Shown piece after piece: positions 1 through 11,738 of a stretch of DNA of 64,000 nt. The position numbers and the translations under genes are program-made. Under the pieces are notes generated by a model that did no database searches, was not told where the DNA came from, and was given only the letters and a program-made list of their open reading frames with translations. This DNA is from Nageia nagi (taxonomy: Eukaryota; Plantae; Pinophyta): assembly GCA_050084985.1 (NCBI GenBank), contig JBITNC010000001.1:199330001-199394000 (forward strand), written 5' to 3'. How positions within the stretch are numbered: the stretch's first letter is position 1; the number at the start of each line of letters is the position of its first letter.

Positions 1-1262
1 TGATGTATTGTCAATATATACAATGTGTAATATGGAAACATGTATGGAATACTTTTATGATATATGGATGATATGTTAATGATATTCTAAGTGCAATGAT
101 GATGTGATAAATATGTTGGTGTGATGTTTATATTTTATTGTAAGATAACAATGTGGTGGACTATGATAATATTTATGATGTTATTATGATATTTATGAAA
201 AATATTAATTTATATTCATGATGAGTTTATTATGATAAGTTTATGTTTCATTATGAATGAATACTTTCAATTTTTCTAGAAAAGAATTATTGCAAAGTTA
301 TATCCTTATTCGACATTGAATGGTAGGATGATGTTATGAGATAATATCTAAGAAAACTAAATTCAATTATGTATAATGAATAAGGTACTTGCAATAATTA
401 TATTTTAATATTGTTAGACTATTTGTATAGAAATGTTATTGGTTGAGTAGGAGAAATAATCTTTCTAATGAAATGAGTCATGTATGGCTTAAGGTATGCT
501 TCTATAGTTATGAGAAGATAACCTAGTTGAAGTCCAAATCTACCTAAGTAAGAGTTAGCATACTTGAACAAGTTATAATGAAACTATGTGTGAGACTTAG
601 TAGTTATTACCTAGTATATTGACATAATCCTAGGAATTGAATATGAAACCTAGTCAAAACCCTAGGTAAGATTTGAGCACTATATTATGAGATTAAGGAA
701 TTATCAAGTAGGATAATTTAAGAAAATCTCATGAGAAAAAATAATTATTGAATATGATAATTCAAAGCTCTCTATACACATGAATTCAAGTTAAGAATAA
801 GGATTATCAAGAAGGATAATCAATGAATTCTCAAAAGTGGTCATGAAGGATCCTGAAGTACTTAAATTACTGATCTTGATGATGGTTTTGATCTAGATAG
901 GTTAAGGTACCATCAACAAGATATAATGTTTCAAGATGGGTTTATTAAGTAAGAATGCTATTGTCTCCTAAGATGAACATTCTAGGAAAGCTATTTAGGA
1001 TATTTAACAAGAAGGTTAAATATTAAGAGATAAATGTTGTTATCATCTAATGATGAGATCACAACTCAAGAATGATAACACTTAAAACCATTAAGTGATC
1101 TCAATCTCATAGTTCACAAGTAGCTTCTAAACTATTATTATTGAATATCCATGTGTATTTGTATATTGGTTTTAAAAAAAGTTATACTCATTACATAAGA
1201 GTTTATTAGGATTGGAGTTAGTTCAGATTTGATTTTTAAGGTGTAAAAATTAGGTCCTAATA
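1..1262 (+). repeat. 5' LTR of element A (3' part)
   Basis: Colinear with split 3' LTR; ends CCTAATA (CA>TA) just before PBS. Confidence 0.9.
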
Positions 1263-1264
1263 TT

Positions 1265-1277
1265 TGGTATCAGAGCC
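1265..1277 (+). promoter_or_regulatory. PBS, initiator tRNA-Met, element A
   Basis: TGGTATCAGAGCC 2 nt after LTR end. Confidence 0.95.
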
Positions 1278-1769
1278 TAGATTTTTAGGTTCACATAAGC
1301 AATCCCAAATTTCAACCAATAACTTTTGTGCTTGGGAAAAAGATGGCATCCTAGTAATTCTAGGGTAACTCATAATAGTAACAATTGGAAGACTATTCCA
1401 TGAGAATAAAAATCCTAATAGATATGAATAAGAGAGGTATGACTATCAAACATAGTCTCACTATGGAAAGGAAGATCCCTAAAGTAACTAAGTTGTCTGG
1501 ACATGGTGATGGTAAGGAATACAAGAAGGTATGTGGTACCCTCAAGAAGTTATAAATGTTTAAGAAGAGAAAACTTGTTGGTAAATATACCAACATATCT
1601 TATGATGAACATTTTAGGTAAACCATAAGGTTATTTAAGGTTAAATGATGAGATATGGTAGTCTTCCAAGGAGATGGCCACTCAAGAATGGATGAAACCT
1701 CAATAAGTTGGTATGAAAAAATAGTGCTCTTAATCACACTAGTTATAAGATAAGTTTTTAGAAAAAATA

Positions 1770-2360
1770 GAACTTCATACCTATTGCCAAATTTGTTTGA
1801 TCAAACAAAATTTTAACCCTAAAAAGGTTATTAAAATAGCTAGTATCAATATATTGGTTAAGAGATTTATCTAGTGATGAATAACCTTGAGAAGATTATG
1901 AGATAGCTTAATATTGATTTTTATTAATTAATAAATGAAGCAATCTCAAAAATAAGTTTGTATGATCTAAAAAAAAATTCAAGTGTTGAAACTTTAATAA
2001 TATCTTGATTATTCTTATGAAGAATAAGGCAACAAGAATAAATTAAGTAAGTCAACCATGTTGATTCATTAGGAAAGGTAACCTTATGGATTAGAAAACC
2101 AAAAACATATTTTGTTCCACCTTCAAGCTATTATAGTTCAATAAGGGGCTAATATAGCAATAGTTAATGGAATTCTACATCAAGAATAACATATTTCCAT
2201 CATGTTGATAGAACAAGAATAAAAAAATCAAGTAAGTTCCAAGAAAAAGATATCTTCCTCTTTAAGAAAAAAGAAGAAATAAACTTGATCATAAAAATAT
2301 ATATTTGTAAAATATAGGTTTTGAAGCAAGAGATGCAGTGAGCCATTGTATCCATGCTAA
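1770..2360 (+). pseudogene. gag: Degenerate gag-like segment 1 of element A
   Basis: Manual translation KKVIKIASI...(TAG TGA TGA, likely QWW)...LYDLKxNSSVE; VSHCIHA at ~2338 resembles VNHCIYA after the B zinc knuckle. Confidence 0.4.
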
Positions 2361-3339
2361 TGAAGTCATCTTTGATGAATACCTCCTAGAATAGAATGAA
2401 GATAATCATTCTGAATCAAATAATGAGTCATAAATTTAAGATATAATAAAGTAAAAATCCAATTTATTGCTACCTATTGAAGCAAATCTAGTACAATGAA
2501 CTCCACTAAGCATTGAGGAATTGAACCTTCACATAATTGTTGAAAGGTTGAATGCAAATGTGCTAACATAAACATTGAAGATCTCAAGAACATTGAAAGG
2601 CTCCAATATGTATTATATTTCCCTTGAAAGGAATGATGAAATGATTCATGAAAGTAGGATATATGAATCAATAAGTATTTTGTAAAGGAAATAAATGATT
2701 TTGTGCTTAATAGTCAAGTAAAGAGAAAAGTGCAAAAAAGTGAAGATCCAATCTTAGGTAGAAGATTTGTATCATTATATTTATATTGAGAATAATTATG
2801 TATAAATAATGGTTATGGTATTTAAGAAAAAACTTTAAATAAAGTAAATAAAAAAAATCAAGTTTGAATTTTGGAAAAGTATAAAGAATATATCTCTCCA
2901 TATTTGAACAAAGTGAAGAATTTTCAAAGATTGGAAGGTGATATACAAGATCTTTTAGTAAGCTAAAGAATTGAACCTACTCTAAGGTAGTTTCCCTTAG
3001 TTATAGAAAGTGATAGTTTAAACCATTCAAGGTTTGTTATAATTTTAAAATATATTAAAAAAAATTTCATTGCAAAGTTAAAGTTTAGTGTAAGGTTGAT
3101 CCAACACCAAGGAAAGAAGAAATCAAAAATTTCAAGAACATTCAATACTAGCTTATTTATTTTAAGTCACAAGGGATATGAAGAATGATTTTTAAGAAAA
3201 AAAAATTTATTTATAGGTTCCTTGTGATTTAGTTAAGTATGATTCAAAAATAATAATAAAAGTTGAGAAGCTTAAGAATGGTAAAAGAGATGAACTAATG
3301 AATATGATCAAGAATTGCAATAACAAAAAAAATCTGGCC

Positions 3340-3760
3340 ATGGAATTTATAGGAAACAAAGATGGTGATATTGTTGAATCTTGGGTGAAAGAACTCAAGA
3401 TCTATTTTGGGACTAGAAAACTATAATACTTATCATAAGGATAGGTGGTTTGTTATGCTACCTAAATATTAAGCTTTAGAATGATGGGAGAACCTTGTGA
3501 AAGATAGAAAAATAAAGACTAAGTATGTGTAAAATAAGTTCATCATGGGAACACTTGATGAATTTGACATAATCAAGAAAATAAGTAGGTTAGTTAAAGA
3601 ATATCATAGGCAATTGGTGAAATTAATGAGGTATGAGATATCAAAAGTTCCATTCAAGAAAGTCCATTAGCTTATTAAAATAAGTTGAAGATAAAGAATT
3701 ATTGCAACCACAAGATTCTTTGGGAATCCATCAACCAATGTACATGCCAAGAAAATAAGT
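3340..3760 (+). pseudogene. gag: Degenerate gag (Retrotrans_gag-like) of element A
   Basis: EFIGNKDGDIVESWVKELKIYF ... ALE*WENL ... DEFDIIKKISRLVKEYHRQLVKLMRY across frameshifts. Confidence 0.7.
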
Positions 3761-4619
3761 TTTTCCATTAGAATAAATCAGTTGAAGACTTGAAGATAAA
3801 AATTAAAAGCAAAAAAATGAAACATAAGAGAGAAAATGATAAGGATAGTCCATTAGGATCAAAGAAATAATGAACCTAAAATGATTGAATAATGAAGATC
3901 AAGTAAAGGTTAAATATATCCATGAGAAGATTAGAATGGTTGAGAAGTTTTACAAAAGGATATGCAATGTGAATTAAAAAAATTTCAAAGAAAAAAATTA
4001 TTCAACTATCCAAATAAAATAGTTAGTTGGATAGTAGGACAAGAATAATTACTTCCATGAAGACTCTTAGTAAAAGTTGGAAGTAATATGAAAGTGCAAT
4101 ATGAAAAACATAGTAAGATTTTCCTGAGGACTTGAGGTATTATGCCCAAAAATTTGATGAATCCTAGATCCTAAAGAATAAATGGGGAAATAAGTTAGCC
4201 AAAAAGAATAAAAATTTAAGCATCATAAAATAAATTTAGTAAGAAAAGGGTATAAGAGAATACCCTGAGGAATAAATATATTTGGATTAGATATTTACCT
4301 TGAATTAATCTAACCTTTAGAGAAGAAAAAGGTTAGAATATGGATAAATGATAAAATAATATAACAATTTCATCATGAATTCATTCATCAAGAGAGATGA
4401 TGAAGTTTGAACTAAGGTAAATCCTTAAAAGCTTGGTGAATTGAAAGATATTTATATTGAAAATCCTAACTATGCATACTTATTCCTAGAAAATTTGAAA
4501 TATTAAATAAGGTTATGAATGTTGGAATGGTTATTAGTAGGCATATTTATTAAAGAAAATTAAGATAAACTGAATAAGTGAGCTATGTTTAAGAGAATCA
4601 TTTATATATGTAATAATCT

Positions 4620-5090
4620 AAGACTGCTAGATCTAGTTAATTTGTACATAACAAAGGATAAGAATTAATACCCTTTGAAAATAGTTAGGGTTAAGGGTGT
4701 AATAATTCCTTTTTATGATGATATATTAAGGACCAAGTTAAGGTCAGGAAAAGATGTCTAAAGGAAAAGAGGAGTAATATAGCAAACAACGTATGTTATA
4801 AATAAAGAAAAAACTATAAAAATGATTTTTCCTATAGTGATCAAAATTCAAAAATGATGCCATTAGAATTCCAAGAAAACACAAGAATTTATTGACTCTT
4901 AGAATAAATTAGTCAAGTTAGAAAATAAACTAGAACTTTTTATTTAATTTTTTTGAAGTCTTTTATTTTAAAATTTGAAACCTTATGAAGAAGATGTGTT
5001 ATGTTCCATCATGTTTTGGTATGAATACCATATGTAATGATAAAAGATGTTTTATTATTCTGTGTAAAATAAAAAAAAAGAACTCCAAAC
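4620..5090 (+). pseudogene. Integrase C-terminal remnant of element A
   Basis: Weak similarity to B 20220-20440 (VAYKLKL/HNVFH-like); sequence before PPT resembles B's pre-LTR sequence. Confidence 0.4.
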
Positions 5091-5126
5091 TATGGTAGTT
5101 AACATAAGGGGCTTTGTTAAACCAAT

Positions 5127-5136
5127 AGAGGAAGGA
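5127..5136 (+). promoter_or_regulatory. PPT of element A
   Basis: AGAGGAAGGA directly before TGTT LTR start. Confidence 0.75.
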
Positions 5137-5681
5137 TGTTATAGCCTAACTTCCTGTTGTGGATTCCCTTGCTAGATTCAAGACTATGTGGTATTTGTTT
5201 GGTGTGAAATAAGAGGACATTGTGATGTTTTATTTCACTTATACTATTTTTATGAAATTGATTTGAAAATGCTCTTATGAAAATATGATATTATATCTAT
5301 CCTTCTTCATACAAGATACTATTGAGGTGTACGTGTTATGTTGTGTAGGTGATAAGTATGAAGTGGGATGCTCATGGGTATGGAGATGATAACATAAGGT
5401 GTATCTAGGATCTGAAAAGAAGATTTAATATGAACACTACTAGATAGCTTCCAATTAGTAAGACACATATAGTTGCATGGGATGATGATAATCGAGAGTC
5501 CTCGTAATATGTGTGTTGAATGTTTATTCTTATTGGTTGTCTATTATGAAGATTCTACCAAGAACCCTCTAACAAAAATATTAGTAGGGGTAGATAATTT
5601 ATTGCACTTTCATTACATATAGATATTAATTTAATTAATGTCATTAATTAAATTAATAGATTTATAAAAATAATACTTAAA

Positions 5682-5715
<34 letters not shown>

Positions 5716-7212
5716 TCTAATAAATTAAAATAAAGTAATAAAATAAAAATAATTATGGATAAGCTTAAGGAAAAGATAAGCTTCACACATGGTCAGATAG
5801 GGTTAAGTGACAACTAAGAATTAGATGTCATGAAAATAAAATATTATTATTTTATTAGAAATCTTAATCTTTTGAAAAGTTATAAATATACCTTTAGAGC
5901 TCACATTTTAGAGGAATTGCAAGTGAGAAGCAAAGATTTAGAGAAATTATGAGTTAAAGCAAGAGCTAGGGTTTCCAAGGCTTAGGGTAGTCTTAGAACA
6001 ATCACTTGGAGATGCAAGGTTATGCTATTAAATTGGACGATCAACTATTTTGCTTTGCAAAGGATTTTTTAACATTCAAGGATTTTGTAATCCTTACAAG
6101 AATTTCATCAATTTGATAGCATTATTAGGTCAATTCATTTTGATTTCTCGATTGGGTTATATAGAAATAATATATAATATTATTCTCTGAGTGTGAAAGA
6201 AAAATAATAGTTTGCACTTAGAAATTAAAGAAAATGTTACTTTGAATGTGGTGATGTGAATAATTAGAAAATGATTTCTAATTAGGGTGTTCTTCATAAC
6301 GTGGTGTTTTCATAAAATATTATGGTTTAGGATTTATTTTACCTTGACTTGGTTTATTTTTCTTTAATCTAGTTATTTTGGTTTGATCTATTACAAATTC
6401 AAATATTGATTTGATTCTTTGATTATAGCTAAGAATTTACTCTTGTATGAAATCCATCATATTCTTCAGTGAAAGTTTTCAAAAAAAATGTTATTAGTAT
6501 ATTGGAAATAACTTTTTCATATGAAGTCAGATTCAAATGAAAGTTTTAGAGTAATTCATGGACATGTATATGAATAAAACCTAGAAATATTTTTCTAATT
6601 GAGTATGCAGAGAAAAAGATAGAGGCATTCTAATAAGGATGACTTTTAAGGACTACATTTTTGATCTATTAGTTTATAGACATAAAGTTTATTTTAGTAA
6701 TCAATAATTAATAGGAATAATATATAAAAGAATAAATTTACTCTTGTATAAAGGAATGGTTCCTTGTTAAGAATTAGTATAGAGATGAATATTTTCTCAA
6801 AATATTAAAGAGATTTGGATAACTAAAAAGGAAGATTCCAAGAAAAATAAATTATGTTATAGAAAATTTATTATGTTATAGAAAATTTATTTTAGAATCA
6901 ATGATAAAATAAATTAGGAAGGAAATGAATTTATGTGGAATCAAGTTTGGATTTATATTCTTCTTCAAAAATTAAATCTAGATTTGAGTATGTAATCTAG
7001 GAGATTCTTGGTGTATTTTTATGTGAAAACATTTTTTCTTATGTATGCAAAAGTAATTACATTAGGAAAAGAAAATTTGTTCTGATTCAAGTATACCCAT
7101 GACCTACCTTATCCAAGGAAGGTGGTTTCATTCTTGTAAGCGACCCTTGCTTGCTCAATTGATTGAGAATATTACTTCATATTTGAAAAAGATACTTATA
7201 TCGAGATTTTGG
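5137..7212 (+). repeat. 3' LTR of element A, segment 1 (TATAAATA at 5881, (AAT)n at ~5685-5714)
   Basis: Starts TG after PPT; rejoins 11589 once C and one TSD copy are removed; matching 5' LTR part lies outside the window. Confidence 0.7.
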
Positions 7213-10200
7213 TGTAACGCTACTCAAACTTTCACCATCTAAATCCTCTAAATTTAAGACCTTTTTTTATCGATTTGTCAACTTTTTAAAGGTTACTATT
7301 AAAACATATATCCCACATGGTTTACATATTAATATATTATTGATTTTAAAAAGTCTTCCTCTATTCTTTATAATTACGAGGGTACGATCACTAGGCATTC
7401 CTACCTTTGCTTATGGGTGGATACTTCTGATGATCGAGCCCTTATTTTATTAATATATATTGGAACTTGAGAAAGTATACTTATTATACCTATAAAGGTT
7501 TAATAAAACTAAATTCATTGTTCATGAAAACTTACGATTTAAATTCCATAACAATTTTAAGTATTCAAAATATTTTCATAGTATCTCCAAACTATCTCAT
7601 TTGATTCGATTAATTCCCAAAAGGTTTCTTAACATTTCTCATATGGTCCTAAATCTAAATTTGGATCACTATGATTAATTTGGGATCCTTTCTAAACAAT
7701 TAGGATGATAATGAATTTGTTTAGGGTTCTTAATTCTTTTTTATCATTTAGACCATTATATAGGCATTTAAATAATATTCATTTGATTATATATATATAT
7801 ATAATTTCACAATCTACTAAGTTTTAATAAGCCATAAATTTCATTAATATACCATGTAAAGTATAAACTCATTAAATCTCAAAGTTAATAATTCATTCAA
7901 TAATCAATAAGAGAGAAATAGATAATTTAATCAACTAAAGCATCTTATTTAAATATAATCCATACAATAAATGGAACTACCTTTATCACATGAGTTATTA
8001 CAAGGAGAGAAATTAAAATAGTCTTGTGGTTAAACATAGCTCTAAAAACATGTCATTAGTACATAGTAATTCACCTTTGTTAATAACTTGAATCCTTTAT
8101 AAATACTATACTATGTACCATAGATCATCTAATAATAATCATGAATGAATCCAATGAATTTACAAAGATCATAACCTTTGGTAACCTTTCTTGCTAAATT
8201 GTATGATTCTTTGTTACATTTTCATGATACATCATATGATACAACATTTGTATAAATCTTTATTAAATAAACTCCATGGTAAAGAGAAATCTTCATAACC
8301 TCTAGCATATAGATTAACTTGGTACATCCAATATCAATAAATATGTATCATTTGAAAACTCCTTAGATCATGAGCTCAATATTGAGTATGGATCTTCATG
8401 TTTATTCGCACAATCTCATTTTCATGTTCACTCTAAGATTCTCATGGATGAATGGTCATAAGTACTAAGAATAGATCTTGAGCATATGAGGATCAAGGTA
8501 GCTCATCTATTTTTGGAACCCATATGCATATGCACAAACTTATTAACACATCATCTATTAAAATTTGTAGTCTCAAAAAAATTTATGCTTTTTATGAAGC
8601 TAATTCTCTTCCTTGACCATATAATATTAATGAAACATTCAAAAATGAAGTTATTTTTCTAAGCCAAGTAGAATCATTTATAACTATATCTCATAGTGTT
8701 TCCTTTTTTTTGCATTTAATCCAATTAACTTAATTTAAATATTACAATGAATTTTCTTTAATTCAATATTACAATAATTCGTACATTCTTCGCTTTTATT
8801 ACTAAATCCAACTTGACTTAATAGATAGACATGTATATATATTTATCATAATTGATCTATTTTAAATAATCGTCTTTTTTTTAAAAAAAAAAAACCATTA
8901 CGAAAATAATTAAAATCCTTCTAAACTTAGATTAATTATCATGATAAATGCTGATAACCTTTCCAAGTACTAACTTACTACCCTTATAAATGGCACTAAT
9001 TCTACTAATTTGTAAAACTCTTATCACTCTATAATAAAATATCTAATTATTATATTAAATCTAATTAATGTTTTATAGGATAGTAAATCAAATAAATAGA
9101 TAGGGACCTACGAGGTGTTTGACAGCAAGTACTCTCCTCTCAAATGGTGTGAAATATATTTGCTGCAAACACATTATTTTAAATGCAAGGTTGCCAGATT
9201 TTCACTAACAGATACAATGAGAAGAGACCATGAACTTGCAGTAAAAACATAGCAAGTATTTTCTGAAAGGGCGCAGGAGACTTTAAGAGTAAAACTTGAA
9301 TCTTTAAGAGTAAAACTTGAATCTGAAACCTTTCCCTAGTATTCTTTTTGGTATGCGCCCACCATGGGAGTTCTAGAAGAAGATATGGGTGCGCTAATAG
9401 ACATGTATGCAAAACGTGGATGAAAAGAGAAAGTGCACAGAGTGTTATAATTCTGATAATAAGAAGCGCTCAGAAAGGGTCTTCTGATAGGGTGCAATGC
9501 CTAAAAGTCAAATTCTTAACAGTGTTTTCCAGCATACACATTGTGGAAATTTGCTAAAGTATTCAAAATTGTGAATGATAGATATTTGATGTCAACGAGA
9601 TTAATCTGAATGCAGGAAAAAAGAAATTTGTGAATTGAACTATTATTTCAGAGCGTGGTTATCTCATAGAATACATATACTCTTACTGTCAAAAGGAGAA
9701 TCAAACTTTACAACCTTTAATATTATTCCACCGGCGTTTACCTCTGCGCGAACTCCAGAAAGAGGTATTAATATCCATTAAAGGTAATTACAAGTGGTCT
9801 TACCTCAAGTTATATGGTTGTGAATGACTGATAGAATGAGAGCGCTGGAAGAAGGTATGGGAATCCATTAAAAGTAGTTGGAAATATTTTGTATATATAT
9901 AAATACAAGATTTTGAGGTCGTAAGCGCCTAGAGTTGTCTATTTCAATCACAGAAAAGTATGCGAGGTATGGAAACTAATTACATAGCATACACATTTAT
10001 TAACTATACTGAAGACTACGCGTAGGAGACTTTCTAAAGAGTAAGTGTAAAACCAAACTCTGCAACTTTTTTCTGCATTCTTTCAATCCGTACCATTATA
10101 GAGATGCACAAAGAAGATATGGGATTCCATCAAATGATAGCACGACACACATAACAGACTTTATTGAAAAAAATTGGTTGAATCAAATTGAATAGTCAAG

Positions 10201-11583
10201 TATAAAGTTGGACTCGAAAACCTTTATTAGTATACTTCCGGAACGCCTATGTGAGATTGTACTATGCTTACAAAATGTAGATGAATAGGAAAAATGCACG
10301 AATATTAAATAAAATATTTAAAGCAATGCAGGCTCATGCTATGCTTTTGAATAGATGTGAAAGTTTTATCTCCTCTAGCGATACCATTAGTTAGAGAGTA
10401 CACAACTTTACATGTTATATATCAATCAAAGAGTTTTTTCTAAATACTTTAATAGTATAACTGTTATAAATATTTTAATGGATCTTTTTTTTTAACAAAC
10501 TATATTAAATGCAACCTATAATAAATGCAAGTACGTTTTACAACGAATCTAAATAATTTTGTAAAAAAAATATCAAAGAATTTTAGATAAGTATTTTCTA
10601 ATGTATTATAGTAGGAAAAACAATTAAATGAACCTTTCTTTTAAACTATAGAAAATGCAATACATTCACAAAGTAAGTAAATATTCTCACTAAACATCAT
10701 ATAGCAAGAAAGAGAGTACCTGAGCTTTAAGAGGAGGAAATCCTTTGCTCCACAGGATTCTAACCAAAATTCTTGGGAAGAAATGAGAGAATACTTATTC
10801 CTCTAAAAGTCCTCAATATTTATAGGCCAAATGAAACTAATACTTCTAAGAAAATAACTATTATTCCACTTCATTACATTTACATGTAAAGGTGGAGATG
10901 CTAATATTTTTGTAAAAATTTTAAGACATACAAGACTTTATTTCAAATTATTAGCACCTACCTTCAAATAATAAATTGGATGGGGTTATGAACTCAATTA
11001 TTTTGGAGATGCTAAAGTATTCTAATTATGAAGAAAGATAAGTGTTCTTTCTTATCCCTAAGTTTAATTTTTATTAATTATTACCAATATTCTTAGTTAA
11101 AATTTGAATTCCAATCGATGTAATATTCCTTGTAGGTCAAAAATAAATTTTTGAAAATGCACATTAATTTTTTTAACACATATTATTATCTGTAGTGATC
11201 CTTTCATCCTGCAAGATAAATTTATTAGTACACATTCACATTAACACAGAGAAATATTTTCGAAAACATAGTTTTAATATGCATCTATATGATTTACAAA
11301 GGGTCTTTATGAGTCTATCAGTAATTCAATGCTAATCATTTTCTTATTTTTATTAATTTATTCCCTTAACCATTCATCCTGGTTCCTTGAGATCTTTGTC
11401 CTGGTTCTTTTGTTAGATCGACTTGTTACTTGCATCGTACACAATCTTGAAGCCAACATCATATTGACACAAGGAATACTTTTATTTAAAAATTATCATT
11501 ATATAGTAATAATTCAAACATAATTTTATTCACATCCTTGATGGTACTCAAGGTTGACTAGTGCCATTGGATGGGTCGTTACA
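7213..11583 (-). mobile_element. Element C: 4.37-kb solo LTR (Gypsy-type)
   Basis: Termini TGTAACG...CGTTACA; perfect TSD TTTGG (7208-7212, 11584-11588); no PBS, PPT or coding domains seen; minus strand starts TGTAACGACCC; CCTATAAATA on minus at 10817-10826. Confidence 0.85.
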
Positions 11584-11588
11584 TTTGG

Positions 11589-11738
11589 AAATGTATTAAT
11601 ATAATAAAAAGATGATTTGTATGTTCTTGTATAACTATACATTACTATACAATGAGAAAATGATGATGTATTGTCTATTTATACAATGTGTAATATGGAT
11701 CCATGTATGGAATACCTTTATGACATATGGATAATATG
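11589..11738 (+). repeat. 3' LTR of element A, segment 2
   Basis: 11664-11738 matches window positions 1-75. Confidence 0.85.

Noticed and set aside
7135-7146. TGTAAGCGACCC as left end of element C
   Set aside because: No TSD; the boundary at 7213 has a perfect TTTGG TSD
9179-9557. Overlapping short ORFs in solo LTR C as protein genes
   Set aside because: No recognisable homology; one includes a 21-bp tandem duplication (9281-9323)
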